DNA from: Paramecium tetraurelia
Lineage: Eukaryota
NCBI GenBank assembly: GCA_000165425.1
Contig: CT868618.1
Coordinates: 124,001 to 188,000, forward strand
Direction of reading: 5' to 3'
Length of the DNA: 64,000 bases
Shown: positions 28,772-43,559 of the stretch, piece by piece
Layout of the letters: each line of letters starts with the position of its first letter
Numbering within the stretch: the stretch's first letter is position 1
The notes under the pieces: generated by a model
Seen by the model: only the letters and a program-made list of their open reading frames with translations
The model's database searches: none
Told to the model about the DNA's origin: nothing
Made by a program: the position numbers and the translations under genes

Positions 28772-31125
28772 TCAACAAGTTTTTGGATATAAATTATTGT
28801 TGTCAATTTCTTAAACTATTTTAAAATTGCCATGATTATCTATGCATAATATCTTTAAGATTTTTGATCTCTAATAATTTACATATCTTGTATTAGAGAC
28901 TCCATTAAAATATATATTAATAGACAAAGACAAAGAATTCTAATTATCTACTTCATAATCTTGCAAGAATATTATAGCATTATTGATATATTCTTAGAAT
29001 TAAAGTAAAGAATCTAAAATTATTAAATAATTATTACAATTCTTGTTTTATTTGCTTTTTATGTGTCCACAACCAGTGAAATAGCCTCCAACTTGGCAGC
29101 TAACATTTTTTCCTATTTTTTGGTTTGCAATTAAGTACACTGGTGTTTCTTATTCATTTTACCACTTGACTATTATCGTAAATTTGTTGTTATTCAATTT
29201 ATAAGGATTAATGGTCAATTTTTCTTCTGAAATTAAGAAATTTCCACAATAATCAAAATATTTTTCATTTTAAAACACTATAGTTATGTATGATCCTTTT
29301 TTAATATTGTATATTATGTTCTCATCATCGATTGATTATTCAAAATAAGGTTGATCTTTTATGTGAGCACATTATATAAATTCTTTATACACTCTAAAAG
29401 TTCCTTTTTGAATTATTCTATTGCTTAATATGTCCATAAATTTCAATTCTACATTTAATAATTTAAATTATTATTATAAATTACTTTAAAGTAATCTAAT
29501 TTTTTATTATTTAACTTATTCCACTTAGACATCCATTTAAATTTAAGAATTATCAGAACATACCTAAATATTATTAAGCCCTTAAATAACTGAATTCTTA
29601 TCCCCTTTGATAACAAGTTATTGATGAATATCCTTTTTGTTGAAATATTGATTGGTAAACTCCTGATTAAATGTTTTCACTGAGTTTGGTTCTAATTATT
29701 TGAATAAACTATTTTCGCTTGTTAATGCAACAATAAATTCATATTATTCACAACTTGTATCACAATTAATAGCTTGAAATTCATTAATCGTTTATAATTA
29801 ATTGATTGTTTAACAATCTTATAAATTAAAGCTATTTGCAATTTGGTTAAAATTCACTTAATTAAATTCAGGTAGCATATCCGATTCAATAGAATGGTCC
29901 ATAGATGGCTAAGTCTGAATCTTTGGCAAAGGGATTGATTCTAAGCAAACAATCCCAACTATTGTTGTTAAGAAAAATAAGCTTATAACTATCTTCTACG
30001 TGAGTGGATTAAGCAACTTACTGATTTGATATTTGACCGAAACTGTGTACATTGCATAAGTATTCATAAAAAGCAGAGATGCTTCAAAAAGAAATACTAA
30101 ACCTAATAGTAAATTTAGATTCTTGATATAGTTTATTGCTTTATCTTCACAAATTGATGATAAACACTTCAGTTCATTGTTATACTCCCAGGCCTCCACC
30201 TAATACACCAACGGACATTGTTCATTGTTGATATATTTGGAACAACCCATATCTTCAATAACGTCATTGTGTAAGGCTCTCAAAGCCAATTAATCATTAG
30301 TTGGAACCCAAAATTATCCATTTCTAATTACTAGGCAACCGAAAACTGTATGCAAAATCGATAAAAGCAAGAAAACAGTTCCCAAAATATTATATGCCTT
30401 TTTATTGCCCATATAGTTGAATAACATTGAAATAGCCAAAAATAAAAGAGTAGGAATTTGTAGCAATGTGTTCCATTCAATCCAATAGTCAGCTGTTTAT
30501 ATTTAAGATGGTAACTCTTGAACCTAATATATTTTAACCCAACTCAAAAATATTACAAGGGAAAGAGTAAGACTTAAATTATATTAATGTTAAATACCTT
30601 TGGAAATAAATTGACAATCTCAATACATTTGGTGATTTACAAAAGTAACTATTGGTTATTAAAATTACAATTTATATTAAAATTTAAATTGAAAATCCGA
30701 TGATTATTAAAAAGATGAATAAGTCCTTCATTGCTTGTTCTTAGATTGTTATTAATAGGAATCCCATAAATTCATAAATAAATACAGTTGTTAAAGTAAC
30801 ACTGAAGACCAATTAAAATCTGGTTAAGAAATTGTTTGTAGTCTCGGTGTGTTGTTATTATGCTTAAATTGTTTTTCGATTTTAATCATAGGACCAAAAC
30901 ATTCTCTAATTTACTTAGAATGGCTTACAATAAAAGTGAATAAACTATTCCGATTCCATCCACTATCATATAATTAATAAACCCCAGATGCAAGTACATC
31001 AATCCTCCTGAAACTATTAACTGTAATAGACTAAAAAAGAATATTATTTTGATTCTTCTGAATATGATATCAACATCATCGGAATCCAAATCCTCTATTT
31101 CCTAATTTGGCTGTTAATTTATCAT
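28772..31125 (-). CDS. Hypothetical multi-pass membrane protein with Cys-containing loops
   Basis: Continuous reading with small introns; several hydrophobic helices; MGCSKYINNEQCP...CLSSICE loop. Confidence 0.65.
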
Positions 31126-31154
31126 ATTAATATTAATTAATATATATAATGTTT

Positions 31155-34145
31155 TCACATTTTTAATTGCATTTTTAGCATTCTATTTTCTTCTTTAACT
31201 ATATTACAATTCGCCTATTCGATATGCAGCTATTGTAAATTGGTTTTTAATTGAAATTATTTAGTTTCGAATTCTTACTCGCATTGCTAAAGATTATGAT
31301 TAATATTCATACATCCAAAAATTCGAAATATGATTTTACTTTCTCACTTATTGTTCCTTCATTTTGAATTTGATAATTACAAAACCTCTTCACATTGATG
31401 TTCTTAAAAAAGTCCTCGAGTATTTTTGTTTCATCAAATAGCTATTGATATTCCCTTTCCTTCTTATCTAATTATTGTTTCAATTGATTAGTGACATTGA
31501 TGTCTTTTCTTAATTTATTTATATCCACCTAATACATTAGTTTTTCTTCATATTTTTTTTACATTAGATCCTTCTCCTCTTACAGTTGCTTATACTGTCT
31601 CTATAAAGTAGCTAAATCAGTGTTAAGCTTCTAATTGGCCTTCTACAACATAAGAACATTATCTGATAGCTTCTTTTGCTTATTATCATCCCCCTCATTT
31701 TGATTGTTACATTGAATCTATTATATGGTTTATTCCAACTCTGTTTTTAAATTGGATAATTCAATCTTGGCTGTTCGTAGTCTTTGATATTAATGAATAA
31801 TACTTATCAATTTCCTCCAAAGACTTGGACCTTTAAGTTTACTCTAGTTTCAATTCAGACCTCAGTTTCAGTACTTCATTTTCTTTCATAATTAGCTTTT
31901 GATTAATGATATCGAAACTATCTAAGAACTTACTCAACTTCTCCTTTTAATACTTAAACTCTTCTTACAATTATCCATACTTTTATATTTCCTCCTGATT
32001 TACTTTATTTTTTTCTAATTCTAGTAGCAATTCTTAATTTTGTCTTTTAGCTTCATCCAAATTAGTCTAAGCTTTATGAAATAAATCTGAGTAATAAGTT
32101 TTCTCATCATTTAGTATGTTAGATTCTTACTATTATTTATCAAATTGTGTCTTGACATCTTGAAATTTTGATAATACTGCCTACTTAACAAAATCATTAT
32201 TCAACTTTGTCTCTTCCAATTCCATAGAAACATTTAATTAAGATAGGAACTCAATTTATTTTTATTCCATTTGAGTAAAGTTCTCCTTCTACTTTTTTAA
32301 GACTTTTAAGGACTTTAGATACTTTTTTGAGTTAAGATCACTTCTTTTCTTACATTTTAATAGCTCTTTTAATTAATCTTCAATCAAGGTTTCTTTTAAT
32401 AGCATCTATTCCTTTAGATCTGAACATTCAGATTACAATTTATCTACTAAAGATTTGTTGAATTCAATTTCATTCTATAGTCTCTCGATTTCTCCACTCT
32501 AAAATTCAATAGTTTCTGCATCCGTATCCATCTAATCTTTATTGATTTATAATTAGTCAGTTAGTTCCGAGATTTTATATTCAAGTTCTTGTAATTATTA
32601 AGCCTTGTCTTCTTAGAATGTCTCTAACTGGGTTTCATACTTTTAGGTTAATTGAACTTACTCTGCAAATTATTCCATCAGCATTTCCTTGTCCTTTTAT
32701 AGTATCTATAAATTCTACTCCAATTATGTGATAAGCAATTATTATTCATTCCTTCTGTGTTTCAAGATTGTTTCCTCTTACTGAAGTTCCAAGATTCTTT
32801 AATTCAACAATTCATTTTTATATTTCAAATCTTTTTAAATGTTTAATGCTTATTCCAATTGCAAATCTTTATCTTGCATGCCTAATTATGAACACTTATG
32901 ATTCTTCGTATTATAATCTTCCAATTCAGTTATTCTGGATTCATAATAATCTTTCATTTATTTAAGTTCCTTAGTCAGCTGATCCTAATATTACCCACTT
33001 TCATTTAATTGATAACTGAGAGTGTTTATTTGTGAAACCAATTCAACCTCCTTTTATTTTTTAGGAATAATCTCAGATTGAAACACAGATTATTGTAATT
33101 CATTCTTCAATCGTTTTATTTCAGCCTTCAAGGATTCCAAATTACCACCAACTTCTTCATTAACAACTGCTTAATTCTTAATATTTTTGGCTCTTGAGGC
33201 AAATTTCAAAGTACCTAGAGTTTCCTAGAAGGAAGAACTGGCTGCTGAAATGGTTGCTATCATAACAGTTTTGGAATTTCCTCCTAAACTTTCTCTTAAT
33301 AGGAAAGTCAATTTGCTATCTCTATAAGGTATGAATTTCTTGGGATTTTCAGCCAATGAATTAATGACTAAACCTAACACAGTAAGAGACTTATTGATAT
33401 TAGATGCTTCTTTTAATCTGTCACCCGTGGCTGCTGTTAATTTTTATCTTTCACTTCCAGCCAAATCGACAAAATTCAATTTACTTCTCCTTGTGTACAT
33501 TCCTTTTGTTCGCTATTCCAATTGTAAAGTGAATATGGAATGACTTCTAGAACTCTCCAAATTCATTTGAGTTGCTGAAACATGTCTATTAGCCAATCCT
33601 CTTTACATCAGAGATAAAACATCATTGAAGGATGAGGCTGCTATTTCTGTGATATTTTCAACATAAACTCGTTTAGAATCTTCTCTGATTGTTAGTGGCA
33701 TCGGTTTGGCATCATTTAAGAGATCAATCAATTATTCATTATAAATTTCTAAGTAAGTACATTTGATTGCCCAATTATTCTCCTTAGGCAATTCCTTGAA
33801 TAATTGCTGAATCAGACGTGGTTACAATCCCAAATGTACACTATCATGTGCATTGTCATCATAACCCTTTCCTTGCATTGTGTAAGTCTTGCCAGCACCT
33901 GTTTAACCGTAGGCGAAAATGCAGCAATTCAAACCATCAAGAAATGATTGAAGTGTAGAATTGCCGATCTTGTCAAATACTTACTCTTAAGTAGAATCAG
34001 CACCCAATACATGATCATAAGAGTATTCTTTCTTATTATCCAATGTAATGGAATTAGCAGTTGTAGAAACACAAGCATTTGCACCCAAATGAGTTTCTCT
34101 GTAATTTAATGGCCTAACCCTAACTAAGACTCGAATATTTTCCAT
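31155..34145 (-). CDS. Kinesin with N-terminal motor and long coiled coil (kinesin-12/KIF15-like)
   Basis: [12 protein letters not shown]-loop [45 protein letters not shown]. Confidence 0.93.
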
Positions 34146-34205
34146 CAATTTAATGAGTATTTAAAATTTGTTTAACGAATTAATTTAAATTAACAAATGA
34201 ATTAA

Positions 34206-36213
34206 ATGGATGGATTGATTGAAGAGAATACACAATTAAAGAAAGCCATCATATCCTCAAAAGCTGTCATATCACGCAAGATAAGTAAGACAATCATAGC
34301 ATCATTTAGATGAATTTGAAACATTACAAGCTATAAATGATGAATTAAAACAACACATTGATAAATTGAAATTGGATAATAATGAATTGAATCAAAAACT
34401 TAGAATTGCACTCCACGAAAAAAAATAAACTGAATAGCAATTTGATAATGCCAGCAAAAGTTGGAAATTACTAATTGAGCAAAAACAAAGAGAACTAGAA
34501 GAAATCTAAAGCAAATTAAGTCCTTCTTTTGATTAGGACATGATTAGAATCAAATTGTTGAATGAATTAGAAATACCTCATAGATAATAACTTGAAGTTA
34601 AATAGAATGAAATTGAAAAGCTAAATGAGGTTATCTATCAACTTAAAAGAAATCTGGATCTTGAAATTGCTAAAGTAGAAACTACTAAATTAGAAAATGC
34701 AAAAGAAATCAAATTGATTCAAGAACGATTCAAATTGGACAACTCTGATTTGCAACATCAAATAGAAGAACTAACCAAAATAATAGAGGATAGTAAAGAT
34801 AGAGATCTCATAAGAAGATTGAGAAAGGATTTGGATGAATATAAATTGAAATTTAATAATGCAGACACAGAAAATGTAGAATTAAGAAATGAGAGAGACA
34901 AAATAAGAGAAGAAAAAAATGAAATTATGATTAAGTTTGCCAGATAAATAGATTAAGAAAGAAATGATAAACGCCAATATAAAAGCGATTTTGATAAAAT
35001 ATAAGTGAGAACCAGATTTATTGAAGATGAACTAAGAAAGGAGAAGTAAAGAAGAGAGTAACTGTCCACAAATTTTGAAATAATGAAAACTGAAAAAGAT
35101 TAATTACTGACTGAAATAAGAAAGAAGGATGACACTATTCATTATTTACAAAGGAAAATTGGAGATATGGAAGAAGAATAATTAGAATAAGAATAAAAAG
35201 TTCAAGATAAATTAACTCGTCTTTATCAGGATGAGCATGATAAATATTTACAAGAGAGAAATAAAGCAGTTACACTGCAGAAAGATCTTGATAATTTGAA
35301 GAAGAGATTTAGTGATTTGCAAGACGATTACAAAATACTTAAGGATAGATATCAAAAGGATAATACGGATAATAAGGATAACAGCAAAACTTAAAATGAA
35401 GAAATAGAGAAATTAAAGAAGATTGTGTCTTAGTAACTCAAAGACATTGGTGATTTAGAAAGATCAAATAAAAATAGAGAAGAGTAGATACATGACATTG
35501 AAAATGAAAACGAAACTTTGAAGAGAAGAAATAGAGAATTACAACATAGAATATAATTGATTGAAGTTAATCCTTTACCCTCCCCCTAATAATAAACATA
35601 GATGATATTTAATCAATCATAATATCCAAGTTTCGCTTAGTCTCCTCAATACGTTTAATAGATATAAGATTAATATGAAACTAAACCTAAGCAAAATACT
35701 GCAGCTTAATCAGAAAATGAACCCTAGAATTAAACTTAAGCATAAAAATAAACTCTCTAATAGATAACAGAAGAAAATAGAACATTAATTCAAAAAAATA
35801 AAAAGCTTAGCAAAAAATTAAAGGAAGCTAATGATAAAATTTTAGAACTTTCTATGAAAAATACTCTTTTAGAAAAGTAAATATAAAGGTAGCATTCAGT
35901 CCCTTAATATTCAAATTAGGAATATTAAGGTAATTACACTCATTCTTAATCTCCTCTTAGATACAATTACGAAAACTATGATTAATAAGACACAAGACAG
36001 GCGTAGCAAACTCATACTGACACTAGATTAGATAGATTTGACAAGTCGGATAGATATGGTTAACCAAACTAAGATAAATATCGATCTCGAAATTAATCAG
36101 GGATGAATTAACAATATAATTAAGGCCATTATAACTAGATTCATGAGGATGATTTACTGAATAAGGTAATGATGCTGACTAACAATAATACCGGGTAAAC
36201 AAAGTATTGGTGA
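34206..36213 (+). CDS. Coiled-coil protein, CEP83 (CCDC41)-like
   Basis: DMIRIKLLNELEIPHRQQLE...DSKDRDLIRRL...ELRNERD resembles CEP83; Q-rich tail; one intron. Confidence 0.55.
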
Positions 36214-36271
36214 CCTTCCTATTTTTTTAATAAATGCTTAAGTTAACATATTTATAATTATAATTCAAATA

Positions 36272-38716
36272 ATGTTTCTGTTTATCTTGCTATCATATGC
36301 ATTAGCTTGTTCAGGTATGCATGTGAATCTTATCTAGATCAGAATTGCGTAGAATGTAATTAACCTACAATTTGCACTGCTTGTGTATCAATATTGACCA
36401 AACTCTTAGGTTTCTCCTCTAATATTAAGCAACAATCAATGCGTATTCAATTGTCCATCAAACTATTACCCCGACATTGTAAATAATGTGAGATAGTGTC
36501 TGAAATGTAATGACAAATGTTTGGAGTGTTTTGATGGCTCACCATCTGGTTGTACTAAATGCATGAAGCCTTTGAGATTGATGTGTGGCAATTGTATTGA
36601 TAGTGTGGCAGATTCTGGGTGTTCTGATTGTAGTTCTCAATGTGTAATGATCCTATCAAATATTTCAGATAACTTGTTTTGGCAGAACCTCATCGGAATG
36701 CTACCTTTGTAAACTTCCGAATTTCCATTCTCCAAACACTGACAGTTGTGAATTAATATGTGAATACCCATTGTATGGAGACGTGAATGATTTCTAGTGT
36801 AAAAACTTTTGTCCCCAAGGCACCTATGGCTAACCAATCACACGATAATGCTTGCCAAATTGTCCAGATCCTTATTTTAAAAATGAATTGAAGACAAATT
36901 GTGTGAAGGAAGTATTTTTATAATTTCAATATCAAGTGTCCAATGGGTACCTACCCCTAAGATAAATCATGTTTGACATGCCATACAACATGCGAAACAT
37001 GTTCTGGTGGAAAATCAACAGATTGCATATTTTGCAAAGAAGGCTATTTTATGTATAACCAATAGTGTGGATATTGTGAGAACTTATAATACTCAAACAA
37101 CGAAACAAGAACCTGTGTAGATTTCATTACATATTCCTTAAATATTTTAGAAGCCCATGATTCAACCATAGTATTTGAAATTTCATTTTCAAGTGGCATT
37201 AATCCAGACACTCTTGATCTTAAATCTCAAATTGATGTTATGAATATAGATAGTTCATAATATTAAATGTAAACAATAATTAATATCAATTAGGACATTA
37301 AGTTCTGTTTAAGATGATTAATTCTTTGTCATTACTTTAGATTTTGACATATCTCATAGGAACACTCAAATCTCCTGTAATTTTACTAACAATATTATGA
37401 ATGAAAATAACACTCCCATTCTATTGTCTACTGCAGTTTAAAATTTGGAAATACCTGCATAGTTTATACCACCAAATTAAGAAGCAAATAGTAATACAAT
37501 TAACACTTATATGATCATCAGTTATTTGTCTTACTTTTGCTTTTTGTTTCTCCTATGTCTACTCTTAAGAACCTAAAGAAGAATGTTCTACTTAATTATA
37601 AATACCTTGTAATTCATTCAAGTAATGATTTTTATCAATTTTACTTTTTCAACACTTACGTTGAACTCCCTTTAACTGTTGGATGTTGTAAATTTAAGGA
37701 GAATACCAGCCTTGGGAATTTCTTATGATGGAACTTCACTACATTTCTTCAACACCCCAATTTACAATCAAATCCCAAACAACAATTTTCTTTACAATGC
37801 AGGCTATTATTATAATTTCATAGCCAATGGAGGCATATAAATCCTTGGAATTCTAATTATATTTTGGATTATTTGGGCAATTAGCTTTATTTTACATAAT
37901 TTTATCTTGATCAATAACAAAATAGAGACATTGAAATTTTATAGAACAATGCTAGAAGGTAGCAGTGATTTGCTAGTACGAGTTAATGAGTTTCTCTACT
38001 TTCCATTGATTCTCATTTCCATTTTATAACTGTGGGGATATGACTTTAGTTCGGATATCAATATAGCCTCATTTGTATTGTCAATTGTCACTATATTATA
38101 CTACCTGATATATTTCAGAAGTGTATACAAATCGTAATTCCTTGATATAGATCAATAGGAAATGGAAAACAAATACTTCACTTTCTTTGCTGATTTCAAG
38201 CAATCAAATGAAATCAAAAAGAACTATGAATTTATTAATTACTTCTTAAAATCGAGTACTGCTTGTTCGTTAATTTTACTCAATAATTTTCCTTTTGTTT
38301 AGTTTTCAATATCATTTTCTTTGATTTCACTCTACTTCATACTTCTGATTCAAAGAAGACCATATCTAAGAAATATCATGAACTATTCAGCCATTTTTGG
38401 ATATCTCATAATTATTGGATTGTATATAACATCCATTATATCAGAAATAGAATATCAATCTAAGATTAACGACATAGCAATCACAAATAATTATGTTGAA
38501 AAATAATACATTTTCGGATTATCTTTTATGATATTAATTTAGATTGTTTTAGGGTTTTATGCAATTACTTTTAGTTATAATAAATTTCAAGATTATTTAA
38601 AGTTTTTAGATAAAAAACCAGATTGGGGTAAGAGTTTCTTATAAAAAATGGAAAAATTCATGTTTTCAGATAAAATTCAAGAAGTGGAAATGGGCAATAT
38701 ATCTTTAACAAATTGA
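36272..38716 (+). CDS. Signal peptide + furin-like Cys-rich repeats + C-terminal multi-TM surface protein
   Basis: MFLFILLSYALAC, repeated CxxC..CxxC units (CLTCHTTCETCSGGKSTDCIFC), about 7 C-terminal hydrophobic helices. Confidence 0.8.
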
Positions 38717-39113
38717 ATACTTTTAATTTGTTGTTAATTATTAATTTAAATTATTATTTTTGACTAGAATTATAATATATTAATCTTTTAAGTAGATACT
38801 TCATATAATCATCATTAAATCAATAGATAAATATGATAAGTTAATATCATCTATAATATATTATAATGTTTATTGATGATTTTAATTAATAATTAAGAAT
38901 TTAGAAGCATATAGTTTCTTGAATTTTGATTTATTTTCATAAATGAGTTGATTTGTTTATCCTTATATAATCTGAGAAAATTTCTACAATAATCTACAAT
39001 TTTTATATATTTTTACATTTGAATGTTCATGGTTCATTAGAATTATGATTATTTTCAAAGAGAATCAAAATAATGCCTTAACAAATAATTTAAATAATAT
39101 AAATTTTATTCTG

Positions 39114-39418
39114 ATGTTTCTTATGAAACCTTAAACCCCAACATTCGGAGATAAAAATAATTCAAGAAAACCTTAGATTTAGATCAATGAAATAAATAGT
39201 AATTCTCGCTTTTATAGTATCCCTACTCGCTAGACAAATGCCCAAAGCAGAAGTTCATCTTAGAGAAAAAAAAAAGATTAAATGGTATTAAATTTTCGAA
39301 TTTTTAGATTAAAAAATGGAAGGAACTTTATGATGAACAAACCAATTTTTACATGAGATTGTTGAAAGTCAATAACATTGAATTAATTGAGTTACCTAAG
39401 TTTTAACTATAAAAATGA
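39114..39418 (+). CDS. Small hypothetical protein
   Basis: ORF with a canonical 23-nt intron (gtattaaattttcgaatttttag); start uncertain. Confidence 0.5.
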
Positions 39419-39579
39419 TATATGCTTAATTAATTTATAGAATTTATATTTATTTTTCATACAAAATTATAATGCCTACCCCTTTTTTATTAAACTCAAT
39501 AGATCATTAATTCGTGATTCAAATCATGATATATAATTTAAGAATTATCATTTATCTTAGAATTAAATTAATTAAGTTA

Positions 39580-39933
39580 ATGAATCCTTATGCTTCTCGT
39601 TTAAAATTGTAACCCATAAAAAATCTCAATAAAAGGTCAATTGACCTAGATTTAATTGAATTAGAGAAAATACACTTCGTAAATAGGATGGAAAAAATGA
39701 TTAAATCTAAGAGTATTTCTCCAGAAGTTCGAACTCCAACATTTTCTAAAAGCCTAGATAAGAAAGATGGCATAAAGGAAGGCTTCCCTAAAAAAGTGAA
39801 AAATAATAATAAGAGATTGCTCAAAATATATGATGAAAGTAAGGAAAGTGAAAATAATGAACAATCAACTTTTCCATGTACCTAATAAACCAAAAAGCTA
39901 TAATAAACAAATGATAGACGACAAAAATTATGA
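39580..39933 (+). CDS. Small hypothetical protein
   Basis: MNPYASRLKLQPIKNL...SISPEVRTPTF...; TGA at 39931. Confidence 0.55.
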
Positions 39934-39963
39934 TAAATGAATAAAAAATAAAATAAATAAATA

Positions 39964-40536
39964 TCACTTAGTGGTTTTGTAAATAAAATTTGGATTTTCT
40001 TTATATTTTTGTTATAATTTTTATAGCCATATTTACAGGACATTTGCTGGAGTAATCAAAACATCTACTTCTTATCCATTTATTACAACTTCTTTATTAT
40101 AAGCCGTCATGAAGTTATATAGGTTTTGAGCTATTGTCAGACCGTATTTTAGCTTATTTTAAGCATCATTTGTTAGTTGCACTAGTTCTGTGATTTATTC
40201 ATTAATAGGTTCGACACTAAGAACCAATTTTATTTAGTCTTGATCTGTTAAAATTTAATTGAAGGAAGTGGCAAAAATATCTGATGGTCTTTGATTTGCA
40301 ATGGCTCCCAAGAATGAGATTCCATCAAATGGATACCTAGAGTAAAACAAACACACTGCATATCCTTCAGGAATTGGATTGAGTAAAAATAGAGCAATTG
40401 AATGCACTTATTAAGCATTTTGGATGTCCATCATATAATAATTTCCATTTAACAAAAACTAAGTCTAACTTAAATATCCAGGAATCATGACACCGAATGG
40501 TGCTTGCACTAAATTAGAACCTATTTGATTATACAT
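39964..40536 (-). CDS. Hikeshi/OPI10 (DUF775)-like protein
   Basis: PFGVMIPG...SIALFLLNPIPEGY...FLGAIANQRPSDIF...AQNLYNFMTAY...KWLQKLQQKYKENPNF. Confidence 0.8.
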
Positions 40537-40676
40537 TTTACTAAAAACATAATAATAAAATTAAAATCAAGGTGTTTTCTAATTCTCAAATAGAATGTTC
40601 CAGGTGTTTCTTTTTTGTTTAGAGTGTCTTAAAAAGAAATAAAAAAATTGAAAATTATATAATAATAAAGTTGTTA

Positions 40677-41494
40677 TCAATTTAAATCATCTTCGTCCTC
40701 ATAATCTCCATATACAAGCTAAGATGATATTTGCCCTCTTAATGGTTTTTATTAAAATTATTTTTAGACAACAGGAGTTAAATTCTAAGACATTTAAGAT
40801 TGCTATTGTATTTATCTGGGCTAAGATTGATTAAAGCTCTTTGACATAACGAGAGATCCATTGTCAAGATTATTATCATCTTGTTTAGGAGAATTCATTT
40901 CATCATTTTTAGCATATTTAGACAGATTTTATGAAATCTATTTCATTTCTTAATCTCCTATGCCTCTAAGTAGTTGTTGTTATCTGAGTTTTTCTTCGTT
41001 TTGATGCTTATGTCTTCTGATTTTCACATCCACTTATTCCTATTGCAATAATCTCTTATGACGCAAACCCCTCATAATATTGACAATATTTACACTGAAG
41101 GTATGAATGCTAATAACTCAGTTTATAGATTTGTTTTAGTCTAATATAATTTGTCTTCCTTTGCGTACAAATTCAATTGACTACATGAATTTCAAATAAC
41201 ATACCTATTTCTATTTCTTTACAAAATTTCATTGACTTAGTTCATATAATCTGAATACTTTTGCTTTTGAGAATTCCTGATGAATATATTTATAAGCATA
41301 GCTTTACTTTTCCAATTTTAATTATTTTAACTATTCAGTTGTCAACTTAATAAGAGCCTAATTGATTTTGTGGTCACTTTAATCTTGCATGGAATGTATA
41401 CTCTCATCGAGAAACTTTCTCTTGGCTTGTCTGCATTAGAATTATCTATTTACAATTCGTTGTAGGTAGCATCGTAATCTGTGACAGCAATCAT
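40677..41494 (-). CDS. Hypothetical coiled-coil protein
   Basis: ORF with small introns ending YGDYEDEDDLN*; exon boundaries not fully resolved. Confidence 0.6.
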
Positions 41495-41520
41495 TAATAA
41501 AATTTAAAATATATATATAT

Positions 41521-42176
41521 TCAAGCATATTTATAAACTAACACAATTGAAATACCAGTCAAAAAAATAGCAAAAACAATTAAGAAAATTACTTTATGTT
41601 ATCTCATCTTTGATTAGATTCTTGATAATCGACTATTGGATTCTCCCAAGTCATATTAAATTTCTGGCATTTTATTGATATTCCTATCCAAGGTTTCGGA
41701 TTATCCTTTCAATTGAACTTGGATATTGTTAGAAATAGATTCTATTTCAAAGCACACTTTCTTTGCATCTTCCAACTACAATGTTTGTTTGACTAATTTA
41801 TCTTGGGTATTTATAAATTGTATCTGTTGATTATCTTATTCACCAAATAAGGAATCCTTAGTTTTTTGGGATGAGATGTCATCTTGTAATATTCTAAATT
41901 ATTTTTTTAATGCTTCAGACTCTGATTTATATCTTTTCACTTTGTTCTTTAACTCTTGTCTGTCTGAGACTGCAATACTGGCTGACTCTATATCCATTTA
42001 TTGTAACTACACACATAAAATAAGTAATTTACACAATTCTGCAAATCACTAAAAGTTGACTCTATCTCAGTTAAAGCTTCATCTGATTTATTAATTTATA
42101 TCTATCGAATTAATGAACAGACTTATTGTTAATATTTTTCAAATTCCACTTCATAACTATTGAAAACTTCAGACAT
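41521..42176 (-). CDS. VTI1: Vti1-type Qb-SNARE
   Basis: MSEVFNSYEVEF Habc start, LQQMDIE, SNARE-like heptads, C-terminal TM anchor. Confidence 0.8.
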
Positions 42177-42250
42177 TTTTGGATATATTTAAATGTATAA
42201 ATAAAATAATAATAAAATTATCAAAAAATAAAGTTGATAAAAATTAATGA

Positions 42251-43046
42251 TCAAACTACCTGCCTCCTACGTACATTGTCTTCAGATAGAACAGCTAATT
42301 TAGTTTCTAAGTTCCTTATTTTCTATTTATATCCATTCAATGCCCCTTCACTTCTTTCTGTCTCTTATGATTATAATTGATCTATCTTCTATTTAAACCT
42401 AAATAATTATTCCTCAGAAGCACTTAGCTAATCTTGCAATTTATCACTTAAGAATTTCAATTATTCATTTTCATTTAAAATAAAATCTATCTTTTGATCA
42501 ATATCACCCAAATTGTTCAACTCGTCTTGACTGAATTTCAACTATTCTGTTAATTCAGCATTTCTCTCTAACAATTGTTTAATATGCTCCTCTTATGCTA
42601 CAATAGTCTCTTTTTTATTCTCAACCTATTAATCCTTATAATCCAACTCCTTCAGAACAGCCTAGTATTTGTTCTCTGACAGGATTCTATCCTCTTCAGA
42701 TTTGCTGTATATTTAAACATATATATTACATCAACTATTCCTTAAGGATGGCTACTTCTCCTCTTAATTAACTTAATTCTGTTTAATCGCATGACCTTTA
42801 TTTCTAGTATTTAGACTCCTTTGTCAATAGCTATTTTATGAGTTCTGCTGATTTCTCATTTTCTTCTAGAAGTACTATAATCTTTTTAACTAAATCCACT
42901 CTTTATTAATTAGGTGACAGATTCTCTTTGTTTTTGGGTGATTGCCAAGTAGCATACTTGCAGTCAGTACTAACAGAGCGAACTTGCTGAAATGGATGTC
43001 TTAATAGGGCTGGCCCTTAAACTTTGGAAGGAGAACACACATTCAT
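42251..43046 (-). CDS. Hypothetical coiled-coil protein
   Basis: MNVCSPSKVQGPALLRHPFQ...IIVLLEENEK; heptad-rich; small introns. Confidence 0.65.
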
Positions 43047-43559
43047 TAACGGTATATTTTATATAATTCATTTATATTCTAAACTAAATTTATATATTGC
43101 ATAGACAAACTATTAACCAATTACATATAACAACTTCTAAATTAAGAATATTTTATTGTTCAAGATTGATAGACTGTTCAACTTCTAATTATGGGTTGTA
43201 AATTTTAATTTATACATCTTAGAATTTATACATAAATAAAGAGAACTCTTGTTGAAAATCAAAAAAAGAAATAGACATAGATAATGGAAGAATAAACAAA
43301 TATAATAGAGATTTAGATAGTTTATGATAGTTTCATTAATAACTCATAAAGTTATTTTTAACAATATATACCTAAAAAGTTGCAAATAACAATTGAAAAT
43401 TACGACTTTTTGTTAAACAGTGATAAAATTAACATAATAAGCAATGAATTTGATTTTGTATATTTATTACTTGTTTATGATGATTTATCTAACATATCTT
43501 AGATAAATAGGGATATTATATAATTTATTTATACATAAACAATAAAATAAATAACAAAA

